In this document: one piece after another, positions 1-5,382 of the stretch
How positions within the stretch are numbered: position 1 is the first letter of the stretch
Layout: every line of letters begins with the position of its first letter
From: Octopus sinensis
Lineage: Eukaryota
DNA: 5,382 bases
NCBI RefSeq assembly: GCF_006345805.1
Contig: NW_021830063.1
Location: 1 to 5,382, forward strand
Direction: 5' to 3'
The notes under the pieces: generated by a model
What the model saw: only the letters and a program-made list of their open reading frames with translations
Told to the model about the DNA's origin: nothing
Databases searched by the model: none
Program-made: the position numbers and the translations under genes

Positions 1-114
1 GCTTTCGTCTGCCCGAGGTTATAGTAGAAGACACTTAACCCAAGTTGCCATGCAGTGGGACTGAACATGAGACCATGTGGTTGGGAGGCAAGCTTCTTAG
101 CACACAGCCATGCC
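1..114 (-). mobile_element. 5' part of a tRNA-derived SINE, running off the left edge of the window
   Basis: Minus strand reads GGCATGGCTGTGTGCTAAGAAGCTTGCCTCCCAACCACATGGTCTCATGTTCAGTCCCACTGCATGGCAACTTGGGTTAAGTGTCTTCTACTATAACCTCGGGC. It has an A-box-like TGGCTGTGTGCT (99-110) and a degenerate B-box-like TGTTCAGTCCC (57-67) at Pol III type-2 spacing. From memory it resembles an abundant octopus SINE; family name not verified. Confidence 0.7.
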
Positions 115-171
115 ATATTTATACACCTATGTTTATGAATATAAACACAGGTGTGTACATAAACATATGAA

Positions 172-262
172 TGTGTGTGTGTATATATATATACACACAC
201 ATATATATATACATACATATACACATACATATATATATACATACACATATATATATACATAC

Positions 263-295
<33 letters not shown>

Positions 296-376
296 CATAC
301 ATATATATATACATACATATATATATATACACATATATACATATATATATATATATACATATATATACATACATAT
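172..376. repeat. Compound microsatellite (TG)n/(TA)n/(CA)n/(TACA)n, left flank of the LINE
   Basis: Directly visible. It produces the spurious Y/I/H/T-rich ORFs at 110-535, 119-433, 133-360, 171-446 and 175-414. Confidence 0.97.
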
Positions 377-389
377 CATCATCATCATC
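375..389 (-). repeat. (GAT)5 simple-repeat 3' tail of the LINE
   Basis: ATCATCATCATCATC on the + strand at the junction with the microsatellite. RTE-clade elements typically end in short tandem-repeat tails rather than poly(A). Confidence 0.85.
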
Positions 390-405
390 GTTTTGCGACC
401 GCTTT

Positions 406-520
406 CCATGCTAGCATGGGTTGGACGGGTCAACTGGGGTCTGTGAAGCTGGAAGGCTTCGTCAGGCCCAGTCAGATCTGGCAGTGTTTCTACGGCTGGA
501 TGCCCTTCCTAACGCCAACC
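406..520 (-). other. 3'-terminal UTR region with stem-loop CCAUG-CUAG-CAUGG (406-419) and motif GGTTGGCGTTAGGAAGGGCATCC (498-520)
   Basis: Perfect 14-bp palindrome CCATGCTAGCATGG about 16 nt from the tail. The 498-520 motif resembles, from memory, a conserved 3' motif of RTE-like elements. A role in ORF2p recognition is inferred by analogy with stem-loop recognition in other LINE clades. Confidence 0.6.
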
Positions 521-537
521 ACTCCGCGAGTGTAGTG

Positions 538-1087
538 GGTGTTTTTTACGTGCCACCTGCACAGGTGCCAGACAGAGCTGGCGAACGGACACGAACGGAT
601 GGTGCTTTTACGTGTCACCGGCACGGGGCCAGGCGATGCTGGCAACGGACACGAACGGATGGTGCTTTTACGTGCCACCGACACGGTTGCCAGACAGAGC
701 TGGCAAACGGCCACGAGCGGACGGTGCTTTTACGTGTCACCGGCACGGGGGCCAGCCGAGGCTCGCAACGGACACGGACGGATGGTGCTTTTACGTGCCA
801 CCGACACGGGGCCAGACAGAGCTGGCAAACGGCCACGAACGGATGGTGCTTTTACGTGCCACAGACACGGGGTCAGACAGAGCTGGCAAACGGCCACGAA
901 CGGACGGTGCTTTTACGTGTCACCGGCACGGGGCCAGGCGAGGCTGGCAACGAACACGAACGGATGGTGCTTTTACGTGCCACCAACACGGGGCCAGGCA
1001 GAGCTGGCAAACGGCCATGAGCAAATGGTGCTTTTACGTATCACCGGCACGGGTGCCAGACGAGGCTGACAGCGGACACGAACGGAT
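538..1087. repeat. Tandem array of nine 60-63 bp GC-rich units in the LINE 3' UTR; two subtypes in order A B A B A A B A B
   Basis: Units start at 538, 601, 661, 723, 784, 845, 906, 966, 1027. Approximate consensus: GGTGCTTTTACGTGYCACCGRCACGGGGCCAGRCNGRGCTGGCAA(A)CGGMCACGAACGGAT. Confidence 0.95.
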
Positions 1088-1695
1088 GGGTCACTTAACC
1101 CCTGCTTTCTGATATATGATTTGATTTTGATTGTTCTCACTGGTCTTGTCGGGTCTTCTCACGCACAGCATACTTCCATAGGTCTCGGTCTCTGGTCATT
1201 TCCTTGGTGAGACCTAGAGTTCGAAGGTCGTGCTTCACCACCTCGACCCAGGTTTTCCTGGGTCTACCTCTTCTACAGGTCCCCTCAACTGCCAGGGTGT
1301 GGCACTTTTTCACACACCTATCCTCATCCATTCTCACCACATGACCATACCAGCGCAATCGTCTCTCTTGCACACAACATCTTATTCCTCTTAGGTCCAA
1401 CTTTTCTCTCAAGGTACTTACACTCTGTCGACTATGAACACTGACATTACACATCCAACGGAGCATACTAGCTTCATTTCTCGCGAGCTTACGCATGTCC
1501 TCAGCAGTCACGGCCCATGTTTCACTGCCATGTAGCATGGCTGTTCGTACACATGCATCATACAGTCTGCCTTTTACTCTGAGCGAGAGGCCTTTAGTCA
1601 CCAACAGAGGGTAAGAGCTCCCTAAACTTTGCCCAGGCTATTCTTACTCTAGCCGTTACACTTTCAGCACACCCACCCCCACTACTGACTTGGTC

Positions 1696-2775
1696 ACCAA
1701 GATAATGGAAGCTATCAACTACTTCTAGTTTTTCCCCCTGGAAAGTGACGGAAGTTGTTTTCTGCAGATTTTCAGAGGTTAATGCCCCCGAGCATCTGCC
1801 ACATACAAAAACCATCTTCCTAGTTAGCCTTCCTATGACATTGCTGCACCTCTTATGTGTCCATAGCTTACACTTGGTGCATCTTATAGAGTTTCTACCT
1901 ACACCTTTTCTACAGATCGAGCAGGGCCATCTACCTGAAGGCGTTTGTGATTTGTCTACCTTCCTACTTATTAGGACTTTGGTTTTAGCTAGGTTGACTC
2001 TGAGGCCCTTCGATTCTAAACCATGCTTCCACACCTGAAACTTCTTCTCCAGTTCTGATAATGACTCAGCAATTAGAGCAAGGTCATCAGCATAGAGGAG
2101 CTCCCAGGGGCATCCTGTCTTGAATTCCTCCGTTATTGCCTGGAGGACTATGATAAATAGGGGGGGGGCTGAGGACTGAGCCTTGGTGGACCCCTACCTC
2201 TACCCGGATTTCTTCACTGTACTCATTTCCAACCCTCACCTTACTAGCAGCGTCCCTGTACATGGCTTGCACAGCTCTCACTAACCATTCTTCTATTCTA
2301 GTTTCCTCATTGACCACCATATGAGGGATCGGGGGACCCTGTCGAGGCTTTCTCCATGTCAACAAAAGCCAGGTACAGGGCCTTATCTTTGGCTAGGTAT
2401 TTCTCCTGCAGCTGCCTTACCAGGAATATAGCATCAGTGGTACTTTTCCCTGGCACGAAATCAAACTGCATCTCATCTAAACTAACTCTCTCTCTAATTA
2501 TGGCTTATGACCCTCTCTGTAACCTTCATCACCTGATCCAACAACTTGATACCTCTGTAATTATTTGTATCTAGGGCATCACCTTTACCTTTGTAGCAGT
2601 TGACTATTATGCTGCTACACCAGTCATTGGGTATGACTCCTTCATGTATCACCTGATTAACTATACAGGTGACTAGGCTATAGCCGACACTACCAGATAT
2701 TTTGAGCATCTCTGCAGTGATACCTGATGGGCCTGGGGCTTTCCCTGTCTTCATGCTTCTAATTGCCTTAGCTAC
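1696..2775 (-). other. Reverse transcriptase domain of ORF2 (approximate limits)
   Basis: Motifs: KAPGPSG, YKGKGD...NYRGIKLL, QFDF..GKSTTDAIF, AFVDMEKA(F)DRV, GVHQGSVLSP, catalytic YADD (2083-2094), GLRVNLAKTK, FHYLG. Confidence 0.93.
1792..1923 (-). other. C4HC3 PHD-type zinc finger inserted within the RT domain
   Basis: CSIC-X10-CTKC-KLWT-H-KR-C-X14-CGRC, i.e. C-X2-C-X10-C-X2-C-X4-H-X2-C-X14-C-X2-C, with W two residues before H and an aromatic F two residues before the sixth Cys. Confidence 0.8.
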
Positions 2776-2928
2776 TAAGGAACTATCAACCCTGATAGCT
2801 GGTCCCTCTGTTGGGTCAACGTTCGGCAGACTCTCTTTATCCCATTCATTTTCTTTATTCAGCAACCTTTCATAGGGGCGTCTCCAAGCCTCTCTCTTTG
2901 CATCCTCGTTTAGCGCAAGTGAACCATC

Positions 2929-3064
2929 TTCCATGCGAACACACTTCTCTCCCACCACATCACAATTCTCTCTCACACACTGTCTTGCAACGCGAATTCC
3001 ATGTGAACACACTTCTCTCCCACCACATCACAATTCTCTCTCACACACTGTCTTGCAACGTGAA
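2929..3064. repeat. 68-bp tandem duplication inside ORF2 (2929-2996 and 2997-3064)
   Basis: The copies are identical except C2936/T3004 and C2993/T3061. It duplicates the (F)RVARQCVRENCDVVGEKCVRME segment and shifts the frame. Confidence 0.96.
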
Positions 3065-3510
3065 ACACCTCAAGTCTTTGGTCCTCACGGCGCAGAACAT
3101 TGGCAAATTTTTTCTTATCTGCTTCCCCTCTGGCTAGATAGACCTGTCTCCTAGCTTCCCTTTTAGCAGTCTGATACAATTCCCTGCTACCACCATTCTT
3201 CCAGTGCTTCCAAGTCTGTCTCTTTTCTCTAATAGCCCTGTCTACGACACTGTTCCCCACCACGTTACCTTGGGACGAGAGGGACTTTGCACCAGCCACA
3301 GATCTGGTCAGTGGCTCTCAGCAGGTTGTCCCTTAGAAACGTCCAGTTGTCCTCTACCCCATGTGATACATTATCCCCTTCTACTTCGTCAAAGGCTTCA
3401 AGTAACATGTCTCTAAATCTCTGTCCATTCACAGGATCCTTAAGCTTCCAGATCCTTCTTCTCCATGTTGGTCGTCTTCTGGTTGTCCTCCTACTCCTGA
3501 TCCTAAAGTC

Positions 3511-4229
3511 ACTAACTACCAGTCTATGTTGTGGGGTGCATTCTTCGCCTGGGAAGGTTTTGGCATTTATAAGTAGCCATCTCTCCCTTTGCCTGGCAAG
3601 GATGTAGTCATTTGGCTGGTATGTTGGCCCGATCGGTAGGTGACTAGGTGGCTGGTAGGTTTCCTGAAGTTAGTGTTGCAAATCATAAGATTATTTGCAT
3701 CGCAGAACTCCAGCAGCCTGGTTCCCTCCCGTTTGCGGGAACCAGAGCCATAGCCTCCATGTACGCCGTGGAAGCCCCCAGCATGTCGTCCAACTGACCA
3801 TTGAAGTCACCAGCCACAAAGAGAAGGTCTCTGTCGTTCGTCAACAAGGTAGTCTGCAGTAGAGTGTCATAGAATCGGTCTTTCTGTCCATCAGGTAGCC
3901 CCGACTGAGGAGCATAGGCTGATATAATGGTTGCTAAACTATGATGAAGCGCTAATCTAATCTTAAGTATTCTGTCGCATACTCTGATTACTTCAATTAC
4001 TTTATCTACCCATTTCTCAGCGATAAGTATAACCCACGCCCCCAACCCCGTCAGTGTTCCCTGCCCAGAAATCTTGTACCTGTGTTCCTTGCCTGTGAGG
4101 ACCTAGCAGAACCTCCTCTCCACCTTACTTCTTGCATGCAACATATATCCACACGTCTCCGTTCAAGCATCTCAACTATCTCGCCAGACTACCTTTCAGT
4201 GTGCCAACGTTGAGGGTGCCAACCCTGAG
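3511..4229 (-). other. Apurinic/apyrimidinic-type (APE) endonuclease domain of ORF2
   Basis: Reconstructed motifs: LRVGTLNV, DICCMQEVRW, GVG(I)L, IISAYAPQ, AGDFNG(H) (GDFN at 3800-3811), Q(I)DYIL, and PQHRLV (3526-3534 = PQH) in place of the usual SDH. Confidence 0.9.
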
Positions 4230-4481
4230 GGTGTGGGAGGTATGGGCCCTAGAGACCCTGCGTCGGTGGACAATAGCTTCATGTACCTGAAAAGAAAGCT
4301 CGCATTTGGCAGAATTCATGAGCAAGTAATACAGTAGCCTTCAATTCAACCTGCATAACACTACCCATTCATATTTTGCACTGTATGATCATTACCTTAC
4401 CTAGGTCGAAACTAGGGGAGGGATGGTGAAAGAGCATTTGCAGTCTTCAAGGGAAGCAACCCAGGGATGAAAAGAATAGGA

Positions 4482-4516
4482 ACTTCCGGCATATGTGGAG
4501 GGGGTGGGTGGGCGGG
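4482..4516. promoter_or_regulatory. Candidate internal promoter cluster: ETS site (CCGGAAGT on minus, 4482-4489) next to GGGGG-T-GGG-T-GGG-C-GGG (Sp/KLF-type boxes; G-quadruplex motif)
   Basis: Motif matches only. It lies about 170-200 nt upstream of the ORF2 ATG in the putative 5' UTR. No expression data. Confidence 0.35.
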
Positions 4517-4546
4517 TCAACCCCAAACTAGCAAGAGGATTCTGTT

Positions 4547-4769
4547 AATCGTGATAGCAAGAAAGTAGGTTTGAAAGTATCAGAGAAGTCAATTTTTAGG
4601 GGAGACGATGAGTGGCTATGAAACGGGAGCAAATAGGGAGACGAGACAAGACTAAACGAAAAACATTACATGAATGGTATGTTGAAAACTGAAAAAAAAT
4701 ATGAATAGAGGGTAATGAAAAATCGTGATAGCAAGAAAGTAGGTTTGAAAGTATCAGAGAAGTCAATTT
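4547..4769. repeat. Perfect 49-bp direct repeat (4547-4595 and 4721-4769) with a 125-bp spacer
   Basis: AATCGTGATAGCAAGAAAGTAGGTTTGAAAGTATCAGAGAAGTCAATTT occurs twice with no mismatch. Confidence 0.95.
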
Positions 4770-4929
4770 GAAGGAAAATATGAGAGAGAAATTGAAGGAA
4801 ACTGAAAGGATAGTGATTATACGTGCAGAGGGTAGTAGGAAGCGAGGTTGAAGAAGAAATCTTACCTTTTAGCCGTTCATGAGCTGTGCATTCGTAGTGG
4901 AGTTGAAAGTGAGTGGGCTTAGCGATTTG

Positions 4930-4948
4930 CATATATATACATATATAT

Positions 4949-4992
<44 letters not shown>

Positions 4993-5134
4993 CACACACC
5001 CATATATATATATATACACACACGTATATACATAAATATATATATACATACATATATATACATATATATATATATATATACATACATATATATATATATA
5101 CATATATACATACATACATATATATATATATATA
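4930..5134. repeat. Compound (TA)n/(TACA)n/(CA)n microsatellite, right flank of the LINE
   Basis: Directly visible. It produces the spurious ORFs 4869-5249, 4879-5184, 4919-5206 and 4990-5241. Confidence 0.97.
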
Positions 5135-5170
5135 CAAAATACAGCGCATATATATATGCGCTGTATTTTG
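5135..5170. repeat. Perfect 36-bp palindrome CAAAATACAGCGC-ATATATATAT-GCGCTGTATTTTG
   Basis: The sequence equals its own reverse complement across 5135-5170. Flanking bases A5134 and C5171 do not pair. Confidence 0.95.
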
Positions 5171-5382
5171 CAGCAAACAAGTGAACACAGAGTATTGTGT
5201 AAACATGGGGTGTGCGCGTGCATGATGTATATAATAAACAACAGTTCATAAAGTATTCAATAGAGGGTGTAGATCAAACCACAGAACAAATAAAAGAGCA
5301 GAGCCAAAATGGAGAGAAATTGCTTGTTGTTTCAGAAATAAACCATGAAATAATATTGTCAAGGCACTGATTAGTTATTGAT

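Larger units (their letters stand above)
1137..4319 (-). pseudogene. Frameshifted ORF2 polyprotein (APE endonuclease + reverse transcriptase), about 1040 aa when reconstructed
   Basis: In-frame ATG at 4319 (MNSAKCELSFQVHEAIVHRRRVSRAHTSHTLRVGTLNVGTLKG), stop TGA at 1139-1137. Inferred frameshifts near 4189, 4101, 4070, 4031, 3794, 3610, 3282, 3256, 2500, 2345, 2298, 2164, 1610, plus the 68-bp duplication. Provided ORFs 3683-4045, 2973-3299, 2494-3012, 2087-2365, 1594-2034 and 1137-1604 are fragments of it. The length after correction is a multiple of 3. Confidence 0.92.
377..4930 (-). mobile_element. RTE-clade non-LTR retrotransposon (LINE), probably full length. The 3' end is well defined; the 5' boundary at ~4930 is inferred.
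   Basis: Single APE-RT ORF on the minus strand with no C-terminal CCHC knuckle and RTE-type C-terminal motifs (RRLRWYGHVVRM, RRGRPRKTW). The 3' UTR ends in a (GAT)5 tail. Both ends abut the same type of TA/TACA microsatellite. Including 4320-4930 as 5' UTR rests only on the microsatellite boundary and the possible TSD. Confidence 0.88.

Noticed and set aside
110-535. Five overlapping ORFs on both strands rich in Y/I/H/T or Y/I/V/C/M
   Set aside because: They are translations of TA/CA microsatellite, which lacks stop codons in these frames.
538-1087. CRISPR-like appearance (regular ~61-bp period, palindromic repeat)
   Set aside because: There are no unique spacers; whole units are homologous. 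There are no cas genes and the context is a eukaryotic LINE 3' UTR.
538-1087. Possible tandem hammerhead ribozymes (retrozyme-like array)
   Set aside because: I found no CUGANGA/GAAA catalytic core in the units on either strand.
421-1112. Three long + strand ORFs (199, 176, 166 aa) with repeated peptides across the array
   Set aside because: The repeat unit has almost no + strand stop codons, so all three frames stay open. Units of 60-63 nt switch peptides between frames, with no frame preservation.
2994-2999. EcoRI site GAATTC exactly at the duplication junction
   Set aside because: It is fully explained by joining the unit end (GAA) to the unit start (TTC). No other sign of a cloning artefact.
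1745-3607. + strand ORFs 1745-2038, 2356-2574, 2811-3137, 2933-3154, 3204-3416, 3287-3607
   Set aside because: Antisense shadows of the ORF2 coding sequence with no recognisable motifs.
4320-4930. HDV-like self-cleaving ribozyme, known from the 5' ends of some RTE elements
   Set aside because: I could not identify a nested double-pseudoknot by eye. A descriptor or covariance-model search is needed, so it is neither claimed nor excluded.
4666-4932. 88-aa minus-strand ORF starting at the microsatellite boundary, as a candidate ORF1
   Set aside because: The ATG is formed by the microsatellite edge. The F/L/S/T-rich composition simply reflects the pyrimidine-rich strand, and there are no RRM, coiled-coil or knuckle motifs.
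4869-5249. ORFs spanning the right microsatellite
   Set aside because: Low-complexity repeat translations. The shared [11 protein letters not shown] peptide on both strands just reflects the 36-bp palindrome.
5171-5382. AT-rich right-hand flank
   Set aside because: No supportable coding, RNA or repeat feature seen. It is useful only as a unique anchor for PCR or read mapping.

Overview
Animal (non-prokaryotic) repetitive DNA. Host is probably an octopus/coleoid cephalopod, inferred from my recollection of the SINE and the RTE 3' end, not from a search. The window is dominated by one apparently full-length RTE-clade non-LTR retrotransposon on the minus strand (about 4930 down to 377), sitting inside a (TA)n/(TACA)n microsatellite with a possible ~28-30 bp target-site duplication. 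Its single ORF (4319->1137) can be reconstructed by hand to about 1040 aa: APE endonuclease, linker, reverse transcriptase with intact YADD, RTE-type C-terminus. It is broken by 13 small indels and one 68-bp tandem duplication, with no nonsense substitutions found. The most unusual points are (1) a complete C4HC3 PHD-type finger inserted inside the RT domain; (2) a 3' UTR array of nine ~61-bp units of two alternating subtypes whose palindromic cores pair better between A and B units than within a unit; (3) an indel-only decay pattern that may be assembly error hiding an intact element; (4) a putative 5' UTR with splice signals, a perfect 49-bp direct repeat and a G-quadruplex/GC-box/ETS cluster. 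A partial tRNA-derived SINE lies at the left edge and a perfect 36-bp palindrome in the right flank. No host gene, CRISPR array or RNA gene is supported.
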